Shown here piece by piece: positions 1-11,898 of a stretch of DNA of 64,000 nucleotides. The notes under the pieces are model-generated. The model was not told where the DNA came from, ran no database searches, and saw only the letters and a list, made by a program, of their open reading frames with translations. Both the position numbers and the translations under genes were made by a program. The stretch is from Eledone cirrhosa (Eukaryota). Within the stretch, counting starts at the first letter, position 1, and every line of letters begins with the position of its first letter. The DNA lies in assembly GCA_964016885.1 (NCBI GenBank), contig OZ024752.1, positions 33,480,001 to 33,544,000 of the forward strand, written 5' to 3'.

Positions 1-100
1 CTGCAATTGGTTAAGCATGGCTACACCCTAGACATGACCAAAACCAAACAGAAAGCAGTGGAGGTCAACTAGAGAGGGGTTTCTCCAACAAGAGTGAGAA
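1..100 (+). repeat. Fragment of an unclassified dispersed repeat
   Basis: ctgcaattgg..aagcatgg..ctacaccc..gacatgaccaaaaccaaacag..gtggaggtcaa matches the reverse complement of 51449-51559. Confidence 0.75.
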
Positions 101-216
101 TGCCCTGGATTGGATTGGATGGAGGTCAACCAGGTTCCTCCAAAAGGAATGAGAAAGGATTAGACTTGACAACATGGACCCCCCACCTCTACTGAATATA
201 TACACAAATGTTGTAT

Positions 217-284
217 CACCACCACCTCATCATCATCACCATCACCACCACCACCAACCACCACCACCACCACCACCAACAACA

Positions 285-315
<31 letters not shown>

Positions 316-328
316 TCATCGTCGTCGT
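217..328. repeat. (CAC)n/(CAA)n/(CAT)n compound microsatellite
   Basis: Direct reading. The (CAT)n part is the tail of an RTE-type 3' module on the minus strand at about 330-437. Confidence 0.9.
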
Positions 329-474
329 GTAACGTCTATCTTCCAAGCCAGCATATGTTAAACAGGAATTGTCGCATTTGAAGCAAGATTGGTCAAGTGA
401 CCGTATCTCGCTCGTAGAGGACTGTATCTGGCAGGTTGTATAAGATAATCATATATACAAATATAAAAATATGA

Positions 475-920
475 GATCAACTTTGCCTTTCACACATTCA
501 AGGTCGATAAAAAATACCAGTCAAGTTCTGGGATTGATTCTTCCTCTATATCTCTTTCTCACTTCCATTCTCTCACTCTCTATCCTTCTCTGGAAAGAAT
601 CTGCTGTGTTCAGGTCTGGAGAGGAGATGGGCTCTGCCAGGTTTTAAAATGTCCCAGAAATACCATATATCAATACAGCGTCCCTACAACTCCCTCAGGA
701 GTTACAGGACTATGCCATGCCATGCCATACCATGCCAAACCCTCACTCTCTATCCTTCTCTGGAAAGAATCTGCTGTGTTCAGGTGTGGAGAGGAGATGG
801 GCTCTGCCAGGTTTTAAAATGTCCCAGAAATACCATATATATCAATACAGCGTCCCTACAACTCCCTCGGGAGTTACAGGACTATGCCATGCCATACCAT
901 GCCTTACCATGCCAAACCAT
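475..920 (+). mobile_element. 5'-truncated SINE (Meta/MESC-like core) with an alternative tail ending in (CCATR)n; 3' 170 bp tandemly duplicated
   Basis: caactttgcctttca..aggtcgataaaaaataccag core. ctcactctctatccttc starts at both 572 and 742. Homologous to 56620-56930 (-) and 62615-62860 (+). Confidence 0.75.
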
Positions 921-1013
921 GTATTTCTGGCATTGGAAATAACAATATTCTCAAATTTCTTAGATGAAAGTTTTAGTCAATTGAATTAATCACAGTAAAT
1001 TAATTTTTATACA

Positions 1014-1356
1014 GAGGCACATGGCTTAGTGGTTAGAGCATTGGCCTTGCAATCGAAAGGTTGTGAATTCAATTCTCAGACCGGGTGATGTGTTGTTTCC
1101 TTGAGCAAGACACTTTATTTCAAGTTGCTCCAGTTTACTCAGCTGTAGAAATGAGATGATAGGGACTGGGGTCCCTATCATTCTACTGCAAAGTGGTCGT
1201 GGAGGTGCCACAGCAAAAAGAAAAGCACCCAGCACTCACTGTAAATGAGATTGGTGTTAGGAAGGGCAGCCAGCTGTAGAAATCAAGCCAGAATCAGTTC
1301 CCGCCCCACCCTTGCAAGCAGGGAAAAGTGGGACGTAAAATGAAATGAATGATGAT
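1014..1356 (+). mobile_element. Full-length tRNA-derived CORE-like SINE with RTE-derived body and tail
   Basis: A box tggcttagtgg, degenerate B box aattcaattct, CORE-like ccttgagcaagacactt..cagttt..ctgtagaaatgagatgatag. The 3' end cccacccttgcaagcagggaaaag..gacgtaaaatga is shared with the RTE at 39305. Confidence 0.85.
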
Positions 1357-1502
1357 ACATTAGTCACAGATGAAGAGATAGTATCTATGACCTTTTTAAC
1401 TACCTCCTCCCACCCCATCCACCTTTGACAGGTGAGATTGATGTGGCTGAAAATAAATTTTTTAAACATAAAATGAAATCCAACTAAAACAATGATGAAG
1501 CC

Positions 1503-1835
1503 TTCTTCTTCTTCTTCTTCTTCTTCTTCTTCTTCTTCTTCTTCTTCTTCTTCTTCCTAAGAGGGTCATGGGGGAAGAGTCCCCAAACACTCCTTCCAGT
1601 GGGTCCTGTCAGAAGCAACTGTCTCCAACTGATCCAGCTGGATCCCCAAGCATGACCAGCCAAGCTCATGCATGTTATCCAACCATCTTGCTCAGGCTCT
1701 ACTCCTGGGTCTCCTGCAGGTTGGTTTTTGCCCATAAAATCTGTCCAGCGATTCTTTCCTGCGACATTCTAACCACATGCCCATACTATCAGAACTGTGA
1801 TCTCTCAATTCGGAGAAGTAGCGGCTCTACTTGAG
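1503..1835 (-). mobile_element. 3' end of RTE-like LINE family C with (GAA)n tail
   Basis: Homologous to 45165-45450, which encodes GRRPKGRPRARW..DRSRW. (TTC)n at 1503-1556. Confidence 0.75.
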
Positions 1836-1889
1836 GAAATCATGTATTTAAATTATGATATCAATGACTGTAAATTTTGAATTACCATA

Positions 1890-3155
1890 GAACAGAGTGG
1901 GGGAAGTCAATTAAATTGACCCCAGTGCATTACTAGTACTTTATTTTATCGACCTCCGTTACGATGATGTATTTGTGTTAACGATACAGTTTGTATAGTT
2001 TCAAGTAATTTATAATCATTTGAGTTCAAATCCCGTCGAGGTTAACTTTGCCTTTCATCCTTACGGGGTCGATAAAATAAAGTACCAGTAATGTACTGGG
2101 TATTTGCTGGCCTTGTGCCTAAAGTAGAAACAATTATTATTGGTAGTATCAATAGATGGTCGGACGCCATGCTTTGCAGCATAGAGTTACGCCCTTTTAT
2201 GGTGTGAGTTCAAATCCCACTGAGGTTCACATTGCCTTTCATCCTTACGGGGTTGATAAAATAAAGTACCAGTAATGCACTGGGGTAATTGCTGGCCTTG
2301 TGCCTAAAGTAGAAACAATTATTATTGGTAGTATCAGCAGATGGTCGGACGCCATGCTTTGCAGCATAGAGTTACGCCCCTTTATGGTGTGAGTTCAAAT
2401 CCCACTGAGGTTGACATTGCCTTTCATCCTTACGGGGTTGATAAAATAAAGTACCAGTAATGCACTGGGATAATTGCTGGCCTTTAGAAACAATTATTAT
2501 TCCTGTACACTTTTCCATTACGTTTTATATCCAGAACATTAACCTTAATCCAATTGTTTAACCTAATTGTCCTGTTTAGACAATTTGGTTCAGTCAATAT
2601 ATATATATATAACATTATATTTCATTATTTTAGTGCATTACTGGTACTTTATTTTATCGATCCTTACGGGGTCGATAAAATAAAGTACCAGTAATGCACT
2701 GGTTAATTGCTGGCCTTGTGCCTAAAGTAGAAACAATTATTTTAGTTACGTCCCTTTACGATCTGAGTTCAAATCCCGCCGAGGTTGACTTTGCCTTTCA
2801 TCCTTACGGGGTCGATAAAATAAAGTACCAGTAATGCACTGGGTAATTGCTGGCCTTGTGCCTAAAGTAGAAACAATTATATTTCATTATTTTAAGGGCG
2901 GTGGATTGGCAGTATCGGTAGAGGGTTGGACGCCATGCTTTGATGCATAGAGTTACGGCCCTTGCCATTTAGAGTTCAAATCCCGTTGAGGTTAACTTTG
3001 CCTTTCATCCTTACGGGGTCGATAAATAAAGTACCAGTAATGCACTGGGATAATTGCTGGCCTTGGGCCAAAAGTAGAAACAGTTATTTTAAGGGCGGTG
3101 GATTGGCAGTATCTGTAGAGGGTCGGACGCCATACTTTGTAACATAGAGTTAACC
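1890..3155 (+). mobile_element. Cluster of about 7-8 mostly head-to-tail tRNA-derived SINE copies (Meta/MESC-like core, (ATT)n tail)
   Basis: Repeated gagttcaaatccc (B box)..ttgcctttcatccttacggggtcgataaaataaagtaccagtaatgcactggg..agtagaaacaattat. The first fragment (1890-1955) is inverted. Confidence 0.9.
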
Positions 3156-3159
3156 CCTT

Positions 3160-3382
3160 TTTTCCGTGCCGCCTACACGTCCACTTTACAGTGTGGGCTG
3201 TGGCACCTCCATGACCACTTTGCAGTGGAATGATAGGGACCCCATCTACAGCTGAGTAAACTGGAGCAACTTGAAATAAAGTGTCTTGCTCAAGGAAACA
3301 ACACATCACCCGGTCTGAGAATTGAACTCACAACCTTTCGATTGCAAGCCCAATGCTCTAACCACTAAGCCATGTGCCTTCA
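3160..3382 (-). mobile_element. CORE-like SINE, 3'-truncated
   Basis: Reverse complement of the 1014-1230 head, core and body. Confidence 0.85.
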
Positions 3383-3454
3383 TATAAATATAGTGAGGTT
3401 GACATGTCCCTGACATGTCAGAAGAGTCCTCTTGATCTTACATTTGGCAGGTTC

Positions 3455-3803
3455 TTTATAGTTTGATGTGCAATGTCAATGGACGAGTTGAGAAAGAAAC
3501 TGGGTATAAGAGGGATAAGTTATGGTGTGCAGGAGAGAAGGCTGAGAGGGTATGGACATGTGATGCGCATGGAGGATGACCGCTGGGTAAAGGAGTGCCA
3601 AGAAATCCCAGAAGAAGGAAGACGCAGTAGAGGTAGACCACGTAAAACATGGGCGGAGGTGGTGAGAGCAGACCTCGGATCGCTGAAACTCACCGAGGAG
3701 ATGACGAAGGACCGTGACAGGTGGAGAGATGCTGTGCTGAATAGGACCCATCCAACCCTTGTAAGCAGGGAAAAGCGGACGTAAAATGATGATGATGATG
3801 ATG
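3455..3803 (+). mobile_element. 3' fragment of RTE LINE family A
   Basis: ORF 3473-3784 ([32 protein letters not shown]) matches the C-terminus of ORF 39305-42364, and there is an (ATG)n tail. Confidence 0.92.
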
Positions 3804-4324
3804 AAACCCCTTTACAGAGTGTATTGTTATATTGTGGCACCAGCTCTAGGGAGGTTTTTGATTTGACTCAACTGAAGGACCCTCTCTATCCTATGGAGTG
3901 GGGAGAGGGAAATAGTTTGGGAATGCCAGAGGGATGACAGGTATATCATGGGTAAATGATAGGCGGTGGGGAAGGGAGTAAATTGTAATTTTGGTGCCCT
4001 GCACAGAGCCTGATGATGTGAATGAATAGGTGTGGTGGAGTTTGACTGGGTGATAAGTGGATGGGGATAGATGAGGGTGGTCTTGGGTCAAGTATGTGCA
4101 GGGGGGAAGAGCCACAGCGATGGTGAAAGTAGTTTCTAAGAAATGAGGCAGGGGTTGGGTTTAGGGATGGAGGGTGGGAGTTCAGGTCACATTTTAATGC
4201 TGAGAGGTGACTCTTTCCCAGTACTACCTGTCACATGTTCATTATCTTTTCAGGTCAATAAATGAAATTAGAGTGCAAAACAAGAGAAACTGTGTTAGAT
4301 GAGATGTCTTGTAACACCCTACTC

Positions 4325-4850
4325 ACTGATTGGCATAGCATCATCATCCTCATCAACTGCTATAAAGGCAAAGGAGATGCAACAGAACAAAGGAAAATAA
4401 AGAGGCATCAAGCAGAAGAAAGTATTATAGCAAAACTGACAAGAAATAGAATTAAGAGAGGAGATGTAGTTCAGCTTCATGCTAGGCAGAGGTAGCACTA
4501 ATGCCCTTTTTCTTGTGAGACAATTGCAGAAGAAGTGTCTAAGTAAGAGTAAGTTTCTCTACCTAGTATTAGTTGACCTGGAAAAAACATTTAACAGAGT
4601 ACCCTACTCCATGATCTGGTGGGATTTTTCAAAAACTAGGTGTAGATGAGTGGCTTGTGAAGACTGTACAAGCCATGTACAGGTGCAGACAGGATGGTTA
4701 GAGTAAACATTGAGTATAGTGACGAATTTAGTGTGCATCTGGAACTCCAATAGCCTCCTTCTGTTTATTATAGTCCTCCAAATCATAACAAAAGAGTTTA
4801 AAACTGGCTGCCCATGAGAATTTCCATACGTGGATGGTCTAGTTCTCATA
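4325..4850 (+). pseudogene. Decayed RTE reverse-transcriptase fragment
   Basis: [14 protein letters not shown], then degenerate FLVRQLQKK, VDLEK.F, FKTGCP and .DGLVLIA segments with stops and frameshifts. Confidence 0.85.
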
Positions 4851-5623
4851 GCCAGACTATCCTGCCTTATTTTTTTCAGACAGAATACATTAATGACTAC
4901 ATTAGCCAATGTGACCTTGAATTCTTAATACTGGTTCGAAGTGAATATGGCCGTTATTTTGATCAGAGTGAGTGACACTTAAAAAACTTCGTTTGTTCAA
5001 GTTTAAAAAAAAGTGTATTTTTTCAAGGGACGTAACTACGATATTACTTGCACTGAGTTATCTTTCTTTGTTTTCGCTACGCTACTACATTGATTTTTAA
5101 AGATAGCCAAAAGAGAGTAATTTGGTGGAGGGAAAGTAGTCTCTTATATTATTTATTCATTTAATTAATTTAAACGTTCGTATAGAGCTTGTGAGCCACG
5201 AAAAAACTAGGGGAAGTATCAAGAAAGAGAGAGAGATGGGGAGTTGATGAACGACTTTTCTCGTTTTTTTTAAATATATATTTGAAACCTTTTTTTTTTA
5301 TTTTCCAATATTCAGAATTTTATTTAAGTCAGCATTTTAACAGATAGACCAGTATAAAATAATTGAAATGAAAAATAATCATATTCCGTATACGAAATCT
5401 CACAATGTCATTGATATTATATAAAAATAATTGAACAGTATCTAATAACAGAAAACACAACTAAAGGGAACAAAAAATGAAGAAAAGAAAAGGAAACGAA
5501 AAGAAGAAAGAGGATCTAGCAACGAAAGAAGGGGAGAGAGAGGGGGGACGGGCACTACACCACAATCGGAGCAGTACCTCAGACGTACCCCATAGGCAAA
5601 ATGGCAAAGACATTACTGATATG

Positions 5624-5970
5624 ACGAGGGAGCCCCCCACATATGTTAGAAATAGCTGTTAGTCTACCTCAAATCAGTCTACGAGGGAGCCCCCTACATA
5701 TGTTAGAAATAGCTATCAGTCAACCTCAAATTACAGCCTACGAGGGAGCCCTCACATATGTTAGAAATAGCTATCAGTCTACCTCAAGTCACAGCCTACG
5801 AGGGAGCCCTCACATATGTTAGAAATAGCTATCAGTCTACCTCAAATCACAGCCTACGAGAGAGCCCTCACATATGTTAGAAATAGCTATCAGTCTACCT
5901 CAAATCACAGCCTACGAGGGAGCCCTCACATACGTTAGAAATAGCTATCAGTCTACCTCAAATCACAGTC
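5624..5970. repeat. 58-bp tandem repeat, 6 copies
   Basis: Unit acgagggagccctcacatatgttagaaatagctatcagtctacctcaaatcacagcct starts at 5624, 5681, 5740, 5798, 5856 and 5914. A related single copy lies near 53480. Confidence 0.95.
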
Positions 5971-6412
5971 TTGAAAAGGAAATGACGCATCATATAATAA
6001 TGAATGCTTAAATACCAATAAAAAGATGGGATTGCCAAAACTAAGAATTGCTTTGTTGATAGGTTTGCTCCCTTAACCTTCCCCTCTTCTCCACCCACGC
6101 ACAATCTTAATTTCTCTTATTCACAGTTGTATAAATAACATTACAAATTGTTTATAATTCTTTCACAATGAAAATATAAACACATATAAACATAGTGATA
6201 GAAACGGAACGGTCTTGAATACATTTACTATATTTATTTATCATATAAGAATAAATAGAAATACATAATATCAATTAATTATTGTTAGGAATCTTATAAA
6301 TATAATACATGAAAATATATAATCAAACTCCCCCCACCCACCAGAAAAAAAGAAAAGAAATCATCAGTACAAAACTAAATACGTCACTCGGTCACACATC
6401 ACATCTCAAGGG

Positions 6413-6565
6413 TCAACGGAACTTTTTTATGCAAGCCGCCAACACGCTGGCAGCATTACTGAAGGTGATGGCGAGGCTAAGGCGCTGAAACAACCAAGCA
6501 CTCTCACCAGGAGCATCACTTGACATCTCGGTAAGGCGAGCCGCCAGCAATGACAAGAACGCCAC
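6413..6565 (-). pseudogene. C-terminal fragment of a CRE-like (restriction-like endonuclease) non-LTR retrotransposon
   Basis: My translation is VAFLSLLAARLTEMSSDAPGESAWLFQRLSLAITFSNAASVLAACIKKFR*, resembling the FQRLS.A.QRGNA.S terminal motif of CRE-clade elements. Confidence 0.65.
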
Positions 6566-7218
6566 AGGCTGGAAGAAATTGTTTTAGTGATAAAAACGGT
6601 GCGGTCTTGAATACATTGGTTTCGAAAATGATTAATTTACTACTGTGTGTACACACATTAGATTTATGGAGAAAACAAAATCTTTTGAAAAAGCTCAAAT
6701 AACATCGAGAAAAAAAACAACATTTAAGTTAGAGTAACTCATTCAATAACCCAGCCCCCGACCCTTCCCCAAACTAAATATACCGTTAAAAAGAACACCA
6801 GCAACACGATATTACCACGCCATTGGAACGGTGATTCAGCATTTTAGCTGTAGCTTTTAGAAATCTATGTTTATAGTTATATAATTCTTTGCTGAGTAAT
6901 CCCTGACATCTGAGAGGAAATTAAATAGTGAATAAAAGTTATATCACTAAATAAATAATGTGACCATCAAAAAAAAAAAAAATATATATATATAGTTATG
7001 TAATAAACAACATAAGGCAATTATATCATTTACCAGTGGTTTCTTAAAAGCAAAAAAATTTTGCTTTCAATCATCAGAATGAGAAAATCCTGGTGTATTT
7101 ATTGACGTTGGATTTTAAAAACCTATATATATATATATACAGATTTATTTTATAAATAAATAAATATTGACATACCCGGCAAAAAAGACAACCTTAATGG
7201 TTGGAGCTTCCTAACCTC

Positions 7219-7290
<72 letters not shown>

Positions 7291-7324
7291 GAGGTCAATA
7301 TTTATTTATTTATAAAACAAATCT

Positions 7325-7392
7325 GTATTTTATCTGATGAAAGCGCACCATAATTTGCCTTGGTTGCCCTTGAAATATGTATAATAAAATAA
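7325..7392 (+). ncRNA. Hammerhead-ribozyme-like motif (minimal, Penelope type), degenerate
   Basis: CTGATGA (7334), imperfect stem aagcgcacc/ggttgccctt, GAAA (7372), tat-GTA. Confidence 0.5.
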
Positions 7393-7429
7393 ATATGGTT
7401 TTATAAATATAGTTTCCATTTATTAATAT

Positions 7430-7482
<53 letters not shown>

Positions 7483-7487
<5 letters not shown>

Positions 7488-7626
7488 AACCAGTAAGACC
7501 CCGACGGCTGAGCTCAAGCCGTTTCGTCGGAGTCTTACTGGTTCCTATTACCCACTCTACTACCCCAAGTATTGAGTACTTTGGTGCGTTATGGTCCACC
7601 TGGTTCCTTACCACATTTCCTTCGTT
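7483..7626 (+). mobile_element. Short (TA)n-embedded element with fold-back head and hammerhead 3' half
   Basis: Arms ataggaaccagtaagac/gtcttactggttcctat. The minus strand reads GAAACGGCT-tgagctc-AGCCGTC. The conserved body is shared with 10140, 28866, 32424 and 61677. Confidence 0.8.
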
Positions 7627-7754
7627 ATATATATATATATTAATTCAAAATATTAACCTTTAAATATATATATACTGTTTTAAAATCAAATATTTCATTT
7701 AACAACTAAAGATTGCAGTTTGATAAGTTGAATTGTCACGAGGCAGTGAAGAAT

Positions 7755-7790
7755 GTAACGTTTCGGGTCCATGCCCTTCGTCAGAGTGGA
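7755..7790 (-). ncRNA. Minimal hammerhead-like motif in a Penelope-like terminal fragment (about 7675-7800)
   Basis: Minus strand CTGACGA-A-GGG-catgga-CCC-GAAA-CGTT. The element runs into a TA tract about 80 bp downstream. Confidence 0.6.
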
Positions 7791-8034
7791 GAGGGAAGAA
7801 CATTGTGTTGATATTGCTTTTGCTGTTATAAAAATCCTATGGACGAATTACCGCCGTCATAGACAACAACGACTATCATTCGTTTCCTCGAATTCTGGAT
7901 TTTAATCTAATCAAAGCAATATTATGGTTAATCTAAACGTGATGAATTAGTTGAAAGGATGGGCCTCATTTTCTAGGAGAAGAAGATATATATAATATAT
8001 ATATATATATACATCGGGCCCCGACTCATTCTAA

Positions 8035-8305
8035 TATATATGCACTTTTTTGATGAGTTGTGGTGCACCTGGGCACTGTACACATGTTATTATTATTATA
8101 TCATGACTCAAATCCCGCCGAGGTTGACTTTGCCTTTCATCCTTACGGGGTCGATAAAATAAAGTACCAGTAATTATTATATCATTACTCATACACTGTT
8201 CATTTTCCTGACATTTTTATATTATTCTATGTACTATACATGCACCTTTGATGAGTTGTAGTGCACCTGAGCACTATACACAATAATTTCATTATTATTA
8301 TTATA
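8035..8305 (+). repeat. Two copies of a short retro-tail ending in (ATT)n, with a SINE fragment (8107-8175) between them
   Basis: atgcac.ttt..gatgagttgt.gtgcacctg.gcact.tacaca..ttattatt at about 8040 and 8240. Confidence 0.65.
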
Positions 8306-9302
8306 TACAAAGTTTAGATAAGTTGATAATACAACCATATAATAAACATGTCTAATTATTTTTAATTTTTTTACCCATTTTTTTTTTTAGAGAGAAGGAC
8401 CTCAAATTTCATATAGCTTAGGGTCTCAGCAGGTGAAAGTCCGGCCCTGAAAAGGATACATTTGATAATATAGTTCTACATACCCCTAAAATACGAGATA
8501 GTCGTAGCTTGAATGTTGTTTGAATATATTATAGACCTGCTCGGTCAAAACTGACCTAGGGCTAAACTAACAACAACAAAGTGATGTGAACTGAGTACAA
8601 TAAGAAAGAGAGAACAAAACAACAATAAACTATACCATATATAGTAATATGTTTAATTTTGCGGGTGAACAAGTAATCTTTTATTGGCTTATTGCTGCTT
8701 GATAAATATTGAAAGACGATTGCTCAATAAGAACTGTTTTATACAAACATACGAGGTTTGCGTGTATTTATTTTTGCAACCGTGCACGTATGTCATCTAC
8801 AAACAATATCAACAACCTCTAGTGTTGTTTAAAGTAGAGGTTTTTGTCAACTAACTGAAGTTAGTTGACAAAAATAGCTTCAGTTTAATTGAAGTTTTTC
8901 AATTCATAATATTTATACATAGCTTACAAATATATGATTGTGGAAAATCCTTTATTCACAGTTGTATAAAAAATATAATGTATGACCCTATCTTGTGTTG
9001 TTACTGTACAGAACACAACCTCGAAATACTTTCCCCATTAGCCCTATTAAACAAACAAATGCTGATTTATGTCACTAAAATTATTTATAAAGGTGTGAGG
9101 GAGAGAGATGGAGTGGCGTGTGTGCGTGAGAGAAAGAGGGAGTGGTGTGTGTACGTGAGAGAAAGAGAGAGAGGGTGTGTGCGAGAGAGAGAGGGTTAAA
9201 GTTATGGGCCTGTGCTTTTAGTACACAAATAAATTTTCTGTAATACTGTGAAAAGTAAGATAAAATGATTAGAACACGTTTTTCTATGTGGCCAGAAGAA
9301 TG

Positions 9303-9357
9303 GAGATCAGTTCGACTAGTTTCGGTGATTGTTCTATCGCTTCGTCAGAGATCAGTT
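9303..9357 (-). ncRNA. Minimal hammerhead-like motif bounded by a 10-bp direct repeat
   Basis: Minus strand CTGACGA-agcgat-agaaca-atcacc-GAAA-CTA-GTC. gagatcagtt occurs at 9303 and 9348. Confidence 0.55.
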
Positions 9358-9411
9358 ACTCATCCTCCCACACTACTTGTGTTCTATGATTTCACTGAAT
9401 ATTATCAATAA

Positions 9412-9530
9412 TTTTTCATCCATCCTTACGGGGTCGATAAAATAAAGTAGCAGCAATGTACTCGGGTCGATTTAATCGACTTTCCCCTCCCCCAAAATTG
9501 TTGGTCTCGTGCCGAAATCAGAAACCAATA
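9412..9530 (+). mobile_element. SINE 3' fragment
   Basis: catccttacggggtcgataaaataaagta..ccccaaaattg..agaaacca. Confidence 0.85.
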
Positions 9531-9748
9531 TTTATACAATCTTCAGCCTAGAGGCTAAATGCATATTTCATCAATAGAAAGGAAAGAAAAGAGTGAAATT
9601 AATATGTTACTTTGTAAAAGAGAGTGTATGTATTGGAGTGTGTGTGTGTGTGTGTCTGGGGGGGGGGGGTTGCTTAACAATCAAGAAGTCATTGACCCAC
9701 TCTCTTTCATGTGTGTGTGTATGTATGTATGTGTATATATATAAATAA

Positions 9749-9864
<116 letters not shown>

Positions 9865-9902
9865 TTCAAGAAAGAAGAGTGACATGGTTCGCTATACAAT
9901 AT

Positions 9903-9945
<43 letters not shown>

Positions 9946-9950
<5 letters not shown>

Positions 9951-10075
9951 AAAAGGTAAACAGAAATAACAACACAATCGGTACAGTATATGGAAGGGAT
10001 ATATTAGGTTAAGGCTTGATATCTAAGAAGAAGGTCTTAACGTTTCGGACGCTAGTCTTTCATCAGAAATAAGAT
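9946..10075 (-). mobile_element. Penelope-like terminal fragment with minimal hammerhead motif (10037-10066)
   Basis: Minus strand CTGATGA-A-AGAC-tagc-GTCC-GAAA-CGTTA. Alignable over about 125 bp with 61469-61592 and ends in (TA)n. Confidence 0.65.
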
Positions 10076-10139
10076 AGATTGAAGGGACGGGCGGGTTGGA
10101 ATTGGAAAAAATGTCTTTAGATAAAAATAACAGGTCCAT

Positions 10140-10224
10140 TCATACTATTACCAACTCTACTGCCCTAAGTATTGAGTACTCTGGTGCGTTATGGTCCATC
10201 TGGTTCCTTACCACAACTCCTTCG

Positions 10225-10228
<4 letters not shown>
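10140..10228 (+). mobile_element. Body of the short (TA)n-embedded element family
   Basis: ctctactgccctaagtattgagtactctggtgcgttatggtccatctggttccttaccaca followed by (TA)n. Confidence 0.8.
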
Positions 10229-10279
<51 letters not shown>

Positions 10280-10748
10280 GTAGGAGGTGAGTTTTATTGT
10301 AGTACAATAAAGCAATGCAGATATCGGATAAGAAGCACTCTACAATTTGTAGGACTGGATATATAATCTTATATATTATATATATATATATATTCATTTA
10401 AATTATTGATTTATTGATATTTTATTTGAGTGACCCGAATCTTCCTGGTCGTTCTTTTTCGGCTGCACGGGTGATTTTAGGCATAATCTCTATGTGTTGG
10501 TAATTTAACGATAGTTATAGCTCTGATTTATCCAAATTATTGAGCCCTCTGCCACTCATATCGGATATTGTTTATCGTTAATTCGTGAGCTGATTTTCCG
10601 ATACTCGATTATTCTATTATATATATATATATATATATATATACATACACACATACATACACTTTTTTCACTTCCTCTCTTTGTTTAAACGAATACGTAC
10701 ATTTAAATTTAAGGAAAAAAAAAAATATCATTTGTCAAAACATTATTT

Positions 10749-10930
10749 TTGGCAGTATCGGTAGAGGGTCGGACGCCATGCTTTGACGTATAGAGTTACG
10801 GCCCTTGCTATTCTGAGTTCAAATCCCGCCGAGGTTAACTTTGCTTTTCATACTTACGGGGTCGATAAAATAAAGTACCAGTAATACACTGGATATTTGC
10901 TGGCCTTGTGCCAAAAGTAGAAACAATTAT
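10749..10930 (+). mobile_element. Near full-length tRNA-derived SINE (Meta/MESC-like core)
   Basis: tggcagtatcgg A-box region, gagttcaaatccc B box, core and tail. Confidence 0.9.
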
Positions 10931-11184
10931 TTTCTTTATTTGTAATTTCTGGGTGTTTGCATCATTATGAATCATTTTAGCCCAATGCAAACATAGTGAA
11001 TTATAACGTTATATGTTTTTATGTATAAGCACAAGCAATCATACACATTCTACATATTGTACTCAAGAAAGGTACTTAATCGATGTCTTATATACGTTTT
11101 ATAGTCTTTCATTGATGTATTACTAAATAGAAATGTATATAAGTTTAACAGACCATGCATACATTATAAATAGTTATATATATA

Positions 11185-11274
11185 TAGGGTGTCCCCACCC
11201 CCCAAAAATCACACACACTTTAACAGCATTCTAATAAGCGTGAAACGTGTGTATACATTTTTGGGGACACCCTG
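11185..11274. mobile_element. Tc1/mariner-type MITE
   Basis: TIR agggtgtcccca.. / ..ttttggggacaccctg in a TA context. Confidence 0.75.
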
Positions 11275-11739
11275 TGTGTGTGTATATATATATATAATTG
11301 TATCTATAGTATAATAGATTAGTCATTAATTGATAAAAAGAAGGTATATTTTACACAATTACTCTTTTTAATTATAGTTTACCTCAAAGTAATTAATTAA
11401 TAGACAATGTTTTATCACTCGTGTATTTATCCATGAGGTGCCCTCATAATAAATAATTGAGGACAAATCGTATTTGATTCAATACAGTGAAAATATATCA
11501 ATTCCATTGTTTTTACCCAATTGTAATTCCTTATCTATTGCAAATTTATTTTATTTAATCTTATTTTATGTTAATAACTATTTGTATTTTTAAAATTAGT
11601 CATTACTTCGTAATAAGCACCATAAAATAAAAAAATAAAAAAATTACTGTAACAATATAACATTTGATATCACCCACTGAGGCAAAAACACCATACTTTA
11701 GTATATATACATACACACTCACATATATACATATATATA

Positions 11740-11836
11740 CAGGGTGTCCCCACAAAAATACATACACACGTTGATTACCTGTATAGACATTATTTATTAG
11801 AATGCTGTTGAAGTGTATACACTTTTTGGGACACTG
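11740..11836. mobile_element. Tc1/mariner-type MITE (same family, opposite orientation)
   Basis: TA-cagggtgtcccca..tttttgggacactg-TA. Internal ttagaatgctgttgaagtgt is the near reverse complement of the 11185 copy. Confidence 0.75.
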
Positions 11837-11898
11837 TATATATATATTTATTAAATTAACAGATTAAAGTTTAAGCAAAGAATCGCTGCTTTCACCCT

